Shown here: piece after piece, positions 10,157-19,075 of the stretch
How the letters are laid out: each line of letters opens with the position of its first letter
Position numbering within the stretch: position 1 is the first letter of the stretch
Assembly (NCBI GenBank): GCA_024181965.1
Contig: BQXS01009951.1
Location: forward strand, 1 to 39,035
DNA: 39,035 nt
Direction: 5' to 3'
Origin: Aduncisulcus paluster
Lineage: Eukaryota
Notes under the pieces: model-generated
What the model saw: the letters and a program-made list of their open reading frames with translations, nothing else
What the model was told of the DNA's origin: nothing
The model's database searches: none
Program-made: the position numbers and the translations under genes

Positions 10157-13100
10157 TCAAATAAATTCTTCGATTTTCTCTCCAGATACCTTTTCAACAG
10201 CATTTTTGAGCTTAAAGGAAGCTCTTTGAATATCCTCATCTTCATTCTCAAGAATATCTCCAACAAATGAACTTATTGAGGGCATTATCTGTACAAATTC
10301 AAATCCTATAGATAAAAACAAGGAAGCGAAAAGCTCTAACCAACTTATTCGGACCACCTTCCCAAATTCAGACCTTTCATCAATCTGCTGAACAGCTTCA
10401 AGGCTATTCTCTGCAAAAACACTCCATTGTTTGTCAGCAGATGTTCCCATCGAAGTTAATAACCTCTTGCACAGATATGACAAGCATTTGGAAATGTGAG
10501 ACACGGTGAAGGATCCAAATTCATCAAAATTGAAAGATTTAGAGAGGTCAAAATCACGTCTATAAATAGAAATTGAGTTAAACATAGTATATGGTGATAT
10601 AATAGCAGGTGAAGTGAGACAGGGAATGATATATTCAGTGACCTTTCCAAATGATTCTTCGTTGAGCCATTTCCCTTCCTTGTCTTCGTCGCACAACACA
10701 AATAGCAATCTCAATGAGCACATAAAACACCACAGTTCCTCCGAAGCAGCCTCACCCTCAGGCAAAGGATATCCCCGAATAATGTGCCTCTTTGAGTCCT
10801 TATAGGAAACAATATGGGACAGAGATTTTGTCATGGAAATAAGAGATTCCTTTTCTTCCTCATCTTTCTCGTGCTCCTCCTTGAATGCTGTTGGGAAGAA
10901 AGACAGTGATACAGGAAGAAGGTCCATGATAAACTCACTCAGAACAAGGATGGACTCACGACTGATCTGTGCAACAACGACAAAGACCTCAAGCATCCAA
11001 GAGAGTAGAGAGAGCTGAACAACACCTTTCTGTTTTCTAATAAGCTTTACAACCTTACCTACTCTTCGCTGGATTGAACTATCGATCGATATCAGTCCCC
11101 CAACAATATTTTCATTAGCACTTTCGGAGATAATCCTTCGTTTTCCAGTTGCTTCCACTTGTGGTTCATTCCATCCACCACAGAGAGACACAGCAATCAT
11201 CCTGGCAAACAACTGTGCGGCTGCCGAAGGAATGCCTGCAATAGAATTATATCCATGGCTCATATCAATCTCTTTTATCCTTTGTTGCCCCCCTGCAAGA
11301 GCTATTCTCATGAAAGAATCACTATACTGTTTTAACAGGACAGGTTGAGAATGGAGATGGGAAACAAGGGGAAGCAAAAACAAGGGAATTGTCAAAACAG
11401 CAGTTTTCTCGTCTAACTCTTGAACAATTCCAACAGAAACAGAAAGAATAATATGTGGAGGGATGAGTTCAAAAATAGATTTGAGAAGAGATAAATATAG
11501 ATCAGAATTAAATCCAATTAAATGATTATATGTCAAACAAGAACGAAGAATCGAAGGAACAAAGGATGAAAAATATGTAGAATAAAGTGATATCAAGGAA
11601 TTCAATACGGTAATAGAAGATATTTCCAAGCGATTTTCACCTTTTCGCTGTTTCCGAACATTCTTTGAAGATCTACGAACAACCATCACACGTGAAACCT
11701 TTTCTTCTTCCTCTTCCTCTTCCTCTTCTTCCTCTTCCGTCTCTTCCTCTTCCTCTTCTTCCTCTTCCTCTTCTTCCTCTTCCGTCTCTTCCTCTGCTTC
11801 AGATTGGGTGTTTTCAAGGATAAACACACATTTGTTCACAATAAATTGGAGAGAAGGAAGAACACACTGACGAGGGACAATGAGACAAGACTCCAAACAT
11901 AACAAGCAGGAAGTCATGATATCAATTTCTTTAATTTCCTCGGCAATCAGGAACACAGATGACACAAGAGAAAGAATTCGCCTCAGGAAAAATACAGAAC
12001 AAACACCACAAATATTCTTCGCCAAAAGTTGGAGAACGAGAAGATTTAAGATGATCTCAGCAACAGAAAGGGCTGACGCTCCCCGAATACTTTGACGATC
12101 ATGGCATTTCTGGATTAATGGACAGGGGATGAGCTCGGATTGTTTTGTATACGATTCGTTAGACCTTGAATATCCCAACAATTTCCTTTCAATTGTCTCA
12201 AGAATAGCAAAAGCAGTACCATTCATTCCATCAAAACCACCTCTCGCCCAAGTTGGAGAATAATTGGCTGGAATGTTCAAGATACCTTTTGGAGATCCAA
12301 TTTGAACGCTTCTATCTCTGGATTTCCGGGCCAAAAATAGCCGAAAATCTTCAATAACATCGTCTTCCCTGCCCTGTTGTTTTAAGATCTTCTCCATCTC
12401 CTTGATATGCTCGACACTGTCAGAAGAAGATATTTTTGATGGGTTCATTGTGCCCTTATCCATGACACGAATACCATTTGAGGTCGTAAGATCAGAGAGA
12501 GCGGAAATAAGCAGATTTGTGAGACATAATAAGGATTGGGGATTCGAATTATGAAGTTTCTCATGTTGTCTATATATAGAAATAATAGAAAACATAACTC
12601 TATGAGGTTTTAAAACACTTTCGAGAATATGAATAATCTCTTTGGCCTCAGAGGAATTTTCCTGAGCGTATATAAATAGACAATGAGAAAGAAGAGAGAG
12701 AGAAGGAGAGAAAAATGTCAACTGCTGATTGATCTGCATTTCAAGGAAATCGGCACCATGCCCCTTGGAACTTTCTCTCTTCTCTTCTTTTTCTGATTCC
12801 TTCAATAACAGCTCTTCCCTCTTCTTACGCTCTATTTCTTCCTCAGAGGCAATTTCTTCCAACGAATGGGCCAAAATAGCATCATTATTGATAAAAGTCC
12901 GAATAAATTCCAATATAGAACCAGAGAAAGTTCTAAAAATAGAATAATATTCCCCATGACCATTGCTATTTCCCGAGAAACAGTGCATATACTCCCTAGC
13001 TATCATATGAGTCTTCTTCTCCCCCTTTTGCATCACAAATATTGGCCGCTCTTTCTCTTCTGAAGCACACCCCGAACACAATATTTCCAAACACTTCACG

Positions 13101-15217
13101 GAGAAAGAGGAAGGGAGAAGAGCGATCAGAAAGGCCAAAGAAGAGGATAATGGCTCAATACAAAGAACATGGTCTTGCTTCGCTTCGATACGAGANNNNN
13201 NNNNNNNNNNNNNNNCTATCATATGAGTCTTCTTCTCCCCCTTTTGCATCACAAATATTGGCCGCTCTTTCTCTTCTGAAGCACACCCCGAACACAATAT
13301 TTCCAAACACTTCACGGAGAAAGAGGAAGGGAGAAGAGCGATCAGAAAGGCCAAAGAAGAGGATAATGGCTCAATACAAAGAACATGGTCTTGCTTCGCT
13401 TCGATACGAGACAAATAATTCTTCCTTGTGATAACAAGTGCTTTGACAAGAGAACCCCAAATAGCCACCTGAACATCCTTGCCGAGATCTTTAGCAAAAG
13501 TGACGACACCCTCACAGACGCACTGAACATTCTCAATTGTGACGCATTTAGAAAATAGTTGAGAAAGAAGATCTGAGAAACAGAAAGAGGATATATAGTG
13601 GAGAAAACAAATATTTTGGCAGGATAATGGTTCAACAAACGCTTTTCCCGCAATGATATCAATTATTACATCAATATCTTTGGAATTTCCATGTTTAACA
13701 CCTTTCAAACTCTTGGAAATGAGTTTAATGATCCCAGTCCAAGACTTTGAGGCCCAAATCGACACCATGTCCTTGCAGAACTCCATAGAAGAGCGCAAAT
13801 GTTTGTCCACGAGTGTGGACAATGTCTTGAAAACCGATTGACCAGACATAGAAGAGACAGAAACAGATGTGTGGGTGAGATCATATAAAGAAGTATCAGA
13901 AAGAGATGATGATACGATTCCATGCTTTTGGAAGAGTTTTTTTCTCTCTTTCTTACGCTCATCAACTATTCTCTGAACATTTTGATCAGATTTGGCAAGG
14001 GATTCGAGTTCCTTCATTTCTTCGATTCTCTTTTGAATCCCATGTTTAGATCTGTCAACAAAACTTCCCATCCTCTCCTTTCTGAGTTCTTCCATCCTCT
14101 TTCTTTCCTCTTCAATCTCAAGCCGAGACAACACACGACCATCATGACGAACTGACCCAATTGAGAAGCTCGGATATAATTGTTCAGGGACAAGATTCAC
14201 CATGAATTCTCTCCGGCGTTCATTATAATCTTCCTCTTCCTCTTCCTCTTCCTCTTCCTCTTCCTCTTCCTTTGCCTTCTCTCCCACTGAACCAAGGGGG
14301 ATGGAAAGTTCAATCCGATGCATTTCGGAAGAAGTGGGGTTAAAAATATCCATAATTGCCAAACAAAGAGATATGGTTGATAGATATTTATGAGGAAATA
14401 ACTCCGATATAGGGTTATCTTGGGAAGACAGAGATCTTTGAATATCCTGGACAAGTTGCCATACTTTGTTGATAGCACCGCTCCATATTCCTACACGATC
14501 GCAATCAAGCTGACGAATGGCACCAACAATAGCACTAGATACAGGGGAAGAGGAGGAGAAAACGAGAGAGAGCAGGAGTTCGAAGGAGGAAGTGGAGGTA
14601 CTGACAGTCGATAGATCAAGCAAAAGGAATAAAAATGGAAGTGTTGAGGCCTCTGGTAAATATTTTTGAACGATTGGTGGATTATCTTTCGGGTGAATTG
14701 GGAAAGAAGAATAAAAGCCTTGAGAGTGCATTTTACCAGAAACAACCCTATTAGCGAAATGAATAGCTTGTTTGTGATACGGGTGCGAATCTTTTGTGAA
14801 AGCAATTCTTAGAAAGTTAACGGAAGAATTCATAAGAGTTTCAGAAGAACATAAAGCATTAATAACACGAAAGGTACAAAGGAGATCGGGAGAAAACCAT
14901 TCTAATATTAGCAAGGTTCTGATTGGGATCGTTAAATCATCAATAGAACATGTATTTTTAGGGAGAAGTAGAGAAACTATGAGAGACTCATCAAATTGAG
15001 ATTCTATCTTTGAAGCTAAGGCACACATCAGTGTATGAGCAGAAAGTACAAGCGATTGATGTAACTTTACCTTCTTTTGAACTTGAATCCCTGGATTTAG
15101 ACATAACTCAATCCAACGAATAACATTCGGTTGAATTTGGTGGGGTTTTTTCATAACTATCTCTCTCAAGAGATTTTTTGTTTGGGTAGCCACAGATTTA
15201 TGCGTTAATTCCATCAT
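10157..15217 (-). CDS. UTP10: U3 snoRNP/SSU processome HEAT-repeat protein Utp10/HEATR1-like (about 1614 aa after collapsing the gap duplication)
   Basis: Large Leu/Ser-rich helical protein. The C-terminus IMPSISSFVGDILENEDEDIQRASFKLKNAVEKVSGEKIEEFI matches the Utp10/HEATR1 ending (LLPE.IPFLAEL.EDE.EEVE...LE.VLGE.L..Y). The N-terminal part is too divergent to recognise, so the start is uncertain. Confidence 0.75.
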   Translation of the reverse strand: MMELTHKSVATQTKNLLREIVMKKPHQIQPNVIRWIELCLNPGIQVQKKVKLHQSLVLSAHTLMCALASKIESQFDESLIVSLLLPKNTCSIDDLTIPIRTLLILEWFSPDLLCTFRVINALCSSETLMNSSVNFLRIAFTKDSHPYHKQAIHFANRVVSGKMHSQGFYSSFPIHPKDNPPIVQKYLPEASTLPFLFLLLDLSTVSTSTSSFELLLSLVFSSSSPVSSAIVGAIRQLDCDRVGIWSGAINKVWQLVQDIQRSLSSQDNPISELFPHKYLSTISLCLAIMDIFNPTSSEMHRIELSIPLGSVGEKAKEEEEEEEEEEEEEDYNERRREFMVNLVPEQLYPSFSIGSVRHDGRVLSRLEIEEERKRMEELRKERMGSFVDRSKHGIQKRIEEMKELESLAKSDQNVQRIVDERKKERKKLFQKHGIVSSSLSDTSLYDLTHTSVSVSSMSGQSVFKTLSTLVDKHLRSSMEFCKDMVSIWASKSWTGIIKLISKSLKGVKHGNSKDIDVIIDIIAGKAFVEPLSCQNICFLHYISSFCFSDLLSQLFSKCVTIENVQCVCEGVVTFAKDLGKDVQVAIWGSLVKALVITRKNYLSRIEAKQDHVLCIEPLSSSLAFLIALLPSSFSVKCLEILCSGCASEEKERPIFVMQKGEKKTHMIXXXXXXXSRIEAKQDHVLCIEPLSSSLAFLIALLPSSFSVKCLEILCSGCASEEKERPIFVMQKGEKKTHMIAREYMHCFSGNSNGHGEYYSIFRTFSGSILEFIRTFINNDAILAHSLEEIASEEEIERKKREELLLKESEKEEKRESSKGHGADFLEMQINQQLTFFSPSLSLLSHCLFIYAQENSSEAKEIIHILESVLKPHRVMFSIISIYRQHEKLHNSNPQSLLCLTNLLISALSDLTTSNGIRVMDKGTMNPSKISSSDSVEHIKEMEKILKQQGREDDVIEDFRLFLARKSRDRSVQIGSPKGILNIPANYSPTWARGGFDGMNGTAFAILETIERKLLGYSRSNESYTKQSELIPCPLIQKCHDRQSIRGASALSVAEIILNLLVLQLLAKNICGVCSVFFLRRILSLVSSVFLIAEEIKEIDIMTSCLLCLESCLIVPRQCVLPSLQFIVNKCVFILENTQSEAEEETEEEEEEEEEEEEEETEEEEEEEEEEEEKVSRVMVVRRSSKNVRKQRKGENRLEISSITVLNSLISLYSTYFSSFVPSILRSCLTYNHLIGFNSDLYLSLLKSIFELIPPHIILSVSVGIVQELDEKTAVLTIPLFLLPLVSHLHSQPVLLKQYSDSFMRIALAGGQQRIKEIDMSHGYNSIAGIPSAAAQLFARMIAVSLCGGWNEPQVEATGKRRIISESANENIVGGLISIDSSIQRRVGKVVKLIRKQKGVVQLSLLSWMLEVFVVVAQISRESILVLSEFIMDLLPVSLSFFPTAFKEEHEKDEEEKESLISMTKSLSHIVSYKDSKRHIIRGYPLPEGEAASEELWCFMCSLRLLFVLCDEDKEGKWLNEESFGKVTEYIIPCLTSPAIISPYTMFNSISIYRRDFDLSKSFNFDEFGSFTVSHISKCLSYLCKRLLTSMGTSADKQWSVFAENSLEAVQQIDERSEFGKVVRISWLELFASLFLSIGFEFVQIMPSISSFVGDILENEDEDIQRASFKLKNAVEKVSGEKIEEFI
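11703..11794. repeat. (TCTTCC)n-type microsatellite encoding a poly-Glu tract in UTP10
   Basis: Read directly. Similar tracts at 14229-14270, 24528-24610, about 8330-8370 and about 34020-34045. Confidence 0.9.
13000..13411. repeat. Gap-flanking duplicate: 13000-13195 = 13216-13411 around 20 Ns (assembly overlap artefact)
   Basis: 196 bp identical on either side of N13196-13215. The offset of 216 keeps the frame. Confidence 0.93.
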
Positions 15218-15447
15218 AGTACTACACAATTGATGATTATCCCTTCCCCGAGGCTCATTTTATACAATTCTTAAATTAAGCACGCGATGTGTATTAATAT
15301 TATATGTAAATTGAGAAAATATTAATTATTAAAAATGGATTGCCTTAAGCAAGCCAGAAATGATCAAATGGTCAAAAGGAGAAATTTACTAAAGCTATGG
15401 AATAATCTGGTATAAAATTCGGGAAAATGTATCATCTTTGGTAAATA

Positions 15448-16006
15448 TCATTCAGCACTACTAGCTTTCTTATTCTTTTTGTGATGTTTCTTATGTTTTT
15501 TCTCACTATGTCTTCTTTTTCCACTTGATTTTTCCTTCTTTTCATCCTTTCCTTCTTTTTTCTTTTCTGATTGTTTTTCCTTTTTCTCAGATTTGGAATG
15601 CTTTTTCGATTTTTCAACTTGTAGGGATTTTGACTCCATGGCCTTTCCCTCATCTTCAACAATAACACTACTTTCAATGTGAATACAGATAGTGGCGGTT
15701 GCATCAAACGAATCATCCGCCACAAACTTACTCGAAGATCCAGGTTTTGGACATACAGCTAAATATTGGTTGGAGATATCTTTGTGATCAGGAATGATAT
15801 CATATTTCTTGCCTGATTTTCCTTGTATAGTAACAGACTCCCCTTTTAACAGTTTTTCATAATCAATATCCTCATTTCTGAAATCAGATACGGATATCTT
15901 TGGAGAGTGAAGGAAGTTGTAAAATTTGAAAAAAAATAGCAAAAGTAAAATGAAATAATATTTTACATACAATTTTTGGAACTCGGAAAAGTACCTTAGC
16001 TTCCAT
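15448..16006 (-). CDS. RNA polymerase I subunit A34/RPA34 (PAF49)-like, two exons 16006-15971 and 15897-15448, 161 aa
   Basis: Spliced product MEAKVLFRVPKI|ISVSDFRNEDIDYEKLLKGESVTIQGKSGKKYDII...YLAVCPKPGSS...FD resembles the A34 dimerisation domain (lWli+.P..vdis.l....d ... Y.I ... ll.P ... fd), followed by the A34-typical Lys-rich tail. Confidence 0.55.
15898..15970 (-). other. Spliceosomal intron, 73 nt, phase 0, GTATGTAAA...CCAAAG
   Basis: T-rich. Removal joins an ATG-initiated 12-codon exon in frame to the downstream ORF, which has no plausible ATG of its own. Confidence 0.75.
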
Positions 16007-16179
16007 GGTCACGAAACAATCGATTTTCGATAATGTTTTGATCTTGGGATTTTCGAGAAGGAGTAGATAATAAATAAGAGAAATATGAACAAAACATCAA
16101 TATTTATGCGATTTTAGTCCAATAGAAAGTGATATGATTGGTGATTTATACAAATCGAAATCCAATCGAGTTTGTAGCG

Positions 16180-17214
16180 ATGGTATCAAAGGCCGAGGCC
16201 GCAAAGAAAAGGGAAGAACCTTTTTCTCTTATATTTAGAAGGGGAAAAGTGTGTCCTCAAGCTAGAATCCTTGAGAATGAACTTCGAAAAATGTTTCTCC
16301 CATTCAATGCTCCCAACCTTCAAATGAAAAAATCAAACAAATTAAAGGATGTGGAAGCTGTTACAGGTGTTTTAGATCTTAGTCATTGTTTGATTTTGTC
16401 CTCATCTGGACATGGAACTATGCTTAGAGCTATAAAATGTCCTCGTGGACCAACCCTTCATTTTAGGATTTTAAAATACCGTTTATCTCATGATATATGT
16501 GCGAAAAGGAAGACTGGAGCTTCTCCTAGAGATTTGGGTGAGCCAGCTCTTCTTGTTATGTCTGGGTTTGGAAAACAATCAAAAAAGTTCAACATGACTG
16601 AAATTGAATTATCTCTTGTCCAATCATACTTTAGAAATATGTTTGGAGCTGTTGATCCAACAAAACTAAAACCAGTCCAATGCAGGCGTGTCGTGCTAAT
16701 TTATTGGGATAATGAGAATGGTCTTATACGAATTAGGCATTTTAAGATCGTTTTTCGTCAAGGAAGTAATGTTGTTCATTCTATCGCTGATGCTGTTAAG
16801 TTTGGTGGGTCTCTTGGATCGAAATCTTCAGATTCTTCCATTACTCTCGCTTCTTTGATGTCTTCCATTCGTTCATCATCTGTGTCTGGACCTTCTGTTC
16901 GTCTTGATGAAATTGGACCTGCTCTTGATTTGCGTCTTGAGAAAGTTATTAGTGGCTTCGACAAAGGGAAAGAATTATATGTGTGTCCTATTCGTAGTGA
17001 AGATGAAAAAGTTGAAGATGAAACGAAAGAAGTAGATGAAGAAGAGAAAGAAATTGAAAGTCATCCTGTCAAAAATAAGAAGAGCAAAATGAAAAAACAT
17101 CCAGAAAAAGAAAGCTCGAAGAAGCGCAAGTCGAAATCAGAAGAACCGAAAAAAAGACGGACAAAAGGCGGCTTGAAGAAAAAAGATGGTAAAAGGCACT
17201 CTACTGCAAAATAG
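16180..17214 (+). CDS. SSF1: Brix-domain protein Ssf1/Peter Pan (PPAN), 60S biogenesis
   Basis: RRGKV, LRKMFLPFNAPNLQMKKSNKLKD, PRGPTLHFRILKYRLSHDI, RRVVL, IRIRHFKI and the sigma70-like Brix motif VRLDEIGPALDLRLEKVISG. Confidence 0.9.
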   Translation: MVSKAEAAKKREEPFSLIFRRGKVCPQARILENELRKMFLPFNAPNLQMKKSNKLKDVEAVTGVLDLSHCLILSSSGHGTMLRAIKCPRGPTLHFRILKYRLSHDICAKRKTGASPRDLGEPALLVMSGFGKQSKKFNMTEIELSLVQSYFRNMFGAVDPTKLKPVQCRRVVLIYWDNENGLIRIRHFKIVFRQGSNVVHSIADAVKFGGSLGSKSSDSSITLASLMSSIRSSSVSGPSVRLDEIGPALDLRLEKVISGFDKGKELYVCPIRSEDEKVEDETKEVDEEEKEIESHPVKNKKSKMKKHPEKESSKKRKSKSEEPKKRRTKGGLKKKDGKRHSTAK

Positions 17215-17448
17215 ATTCTTTTTTTAGAGCATTTTCGTGTTATTTTCAGACGATTGATATTTTTTAGAAATAAAACAGAATTTTGATTGATTTATATTTA
17301 GAGAAATTTTTAACTTGCTGTTTTCTCTGACAATATATCAGTTTTAAGCTGAAAATTGGTATTAAATTTATATTTATTACGTGTATTTTTTAAATATTAT
17401 CTGATCATCCAATTTGGCCTTGAATATTCGGCTTAAGAAGACAGTTTT

Positions 17449-18081
17449 ATGGAACATTTTAAACCAAAACACTCATATGATAGAGTAAGATATCTATGTA
17501 AATCATATATTGAAAAGAGTAGTGCAGGTACTTATGGCCGTGTTGATTCGCCAGTTACACGAATGCTCTTCCAGTTTGCAAAGGAGGTCGAATTATCCAT
17601 TTCTCATCTTAAAGCAGAACATAAAAGACTCGAAAAGAAATTAAAATATAAAAATCAAATTGTTGACCAATGGGAATTGATGTTTGGAAGAGGTTATGAG
17701 TCTATTGAAAAAGACACTCTCGATGATCTTGAAATGAAACGTTTTCTCGCTATCCCGGCAACTGAACTCCCTCAAGATGCATATGAGAAATTGTATGGCA
17801 AAAGTGCACCCACTCCTGCTGATATTCTTGAATCACTTGAGAGGAAAAATCGAGAAATCCAAACTGGCCAGGCTGTTATATTAGAGCAACAAAAACGAAT
17901 CCAAGAACTTGAAAGAGATTTGGACTCAGCCCATAAAAGAGCAGAACATTATGCCAAACGAGTAGCATCACAATTCGCTGAAGAGGCTATTACAGCTATG
18001 CATAAAGATTTATCGGATATTTATGGTTTAGAAGAGCAACAAAAAAGAGAATTAAAAGCTGAAATCGACGTCGATAAATAG
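17449..18081 (+). CDS. Hypothetical coiled-coil protein, 210 aa
   Basis: ATG-initiated ORF bounded by AT-rich spacers, with two predicted coiled-coil stretches. No family recognised. Confidence 0.8.
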   Translation: MEHFKPKHSYDRVRYLCKSYIEKSSAGTYGRVDSPVTRMLFQFAKEVELSISHLKAEHKRLEKKLKYKNQIVDQWELMFGRGYESIEKDTLDDLEMKRFLAIPATELPQDAYEKLYGKSAPTPADILESLERKNREIQTGQAVILEQQKRIQELERDLDSAHKRAEHYAKRVASQFAEEAITAMHKDLSDIYGLEEQQKRELKAEIDVDK

Positions 18082-18243
18082 GAGAAATGCTCAACTAAAT
18101 TTGAACTTAACTCTCGATTTCTAATGATAAATAAAATTTAAATGGACTAATTTTGCTAGTTAATGCATTAATTTGCTTTATTTGCTCTAATATTCCGGAA
18201 TTTTTTCTTTCTTTTAACTCTTTTTGATTTTGGTAACATAAAG

Positions 18244-18903
18244 ATGTCTTCAAGAGGATTATCATTTCCTGGATTAGCTCCTGACCACGAAGAACATGAA
18301 CACCCAGATGGAATCGGACAATCCATCGTCGTCACCCAGCGGTTGAGTTCGAAGAAAGTTCCCTTAGTATTTCTTGATCTTGAAGCGACTGATCTTGATG
18401 CATTGACAAATCATATTTTAGAAGTTGCTATTATTATCACATCTGCAGATTTACGAGAAATTGCCCGGTATCACGCTGTTATTCACCAACCCGATGAAGT
18501 CCTCGAATCCATGAATGAATATTGTACAGAAATGCATCGAGCTTCTGGATTAATTGAATTGTCTCGTGCTTCAAACAAAACTACAGAAGATGTTGACCAA
18601 GAAATTGTTAATTTCCTGCGTGTATATTGTGGTGAATACGTTGAAGCAGGAGTACATTTGCCACTTGCTGGAGCTTCTGTTCATATGGATTTGAGATGGG
18701 TTGAGAGGCATTTTCCTGAAACAAGAAAACTTTTGGTTCACCGTGTTGTTGATGTAACCACTATTATTGAGTTGGCAAAAAGGTGGAAGAGCAGAATATT
18801 GAAGCACTTCCCTCGGTCTAGAGATGATCATAGAGCAATGGCTGCTGTGGAATTGTGTCTCAATAGATTGAGATATCTCCAACAGCACTTTTTTAAATTA
18901 TAG
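18244..18903 (+). CDS. Oligoribonuclease Orn/Rex2/REXO2 family (DEDDh) with a degenerate ExoIII motif
   Basis: LVFLDLEATDLD..HILEVAIIIT, IHQPDEVLESMNEYCTEMHRASGL, PLAGASVHMD, RVVDVTTIIELAKRW, HRAM..., RYLQQHFFKL align end to end with Orn. Confidence 0.9.
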   Translation: MSSRGLSFPGLAPDHEEHEHPDGIGQSIVVTQRLSSKKVPLVFLDLEATDLDALTNHILEVAIIITSADLREIARYHAVIHQPDEVLESMNEYCTEMHRASGLIELSRASNKTTEDVDQEIVNFLRVYCGEYVEAGVHLPLAGASVHMDLRWVERHFPETRKLLVHRVVDVTTIIELAKRWKSRILKHFPRSRDDHRAMAAVELCLNRLRYLQQHFFKL

Positions 18904-19075
18904 TCCTCTTCTTGTATAGTAAACAATCATTTTCATAATTTCTTTATTTATATAACCTTTTTGGGCATTGACATATTCTAAAGTTTGTGTTGCATTTCAA
19001 AATCACCTCATCTTCGAGAGACAAAAAATCAAAACAACATTTTCTCGTCCTCTACACAACCAAGTCATAATATAG

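Noticed and set aside
15898-15972. Signal-peptide-like N-terminus MYVKYYFILLLLFFF of ORF 15448..15972
   Set aside because: It is translated T-rich intron sequence. The alternative acceptor TTTCAG near 15880 was also rejected because it is out of frame with the upstream exon.
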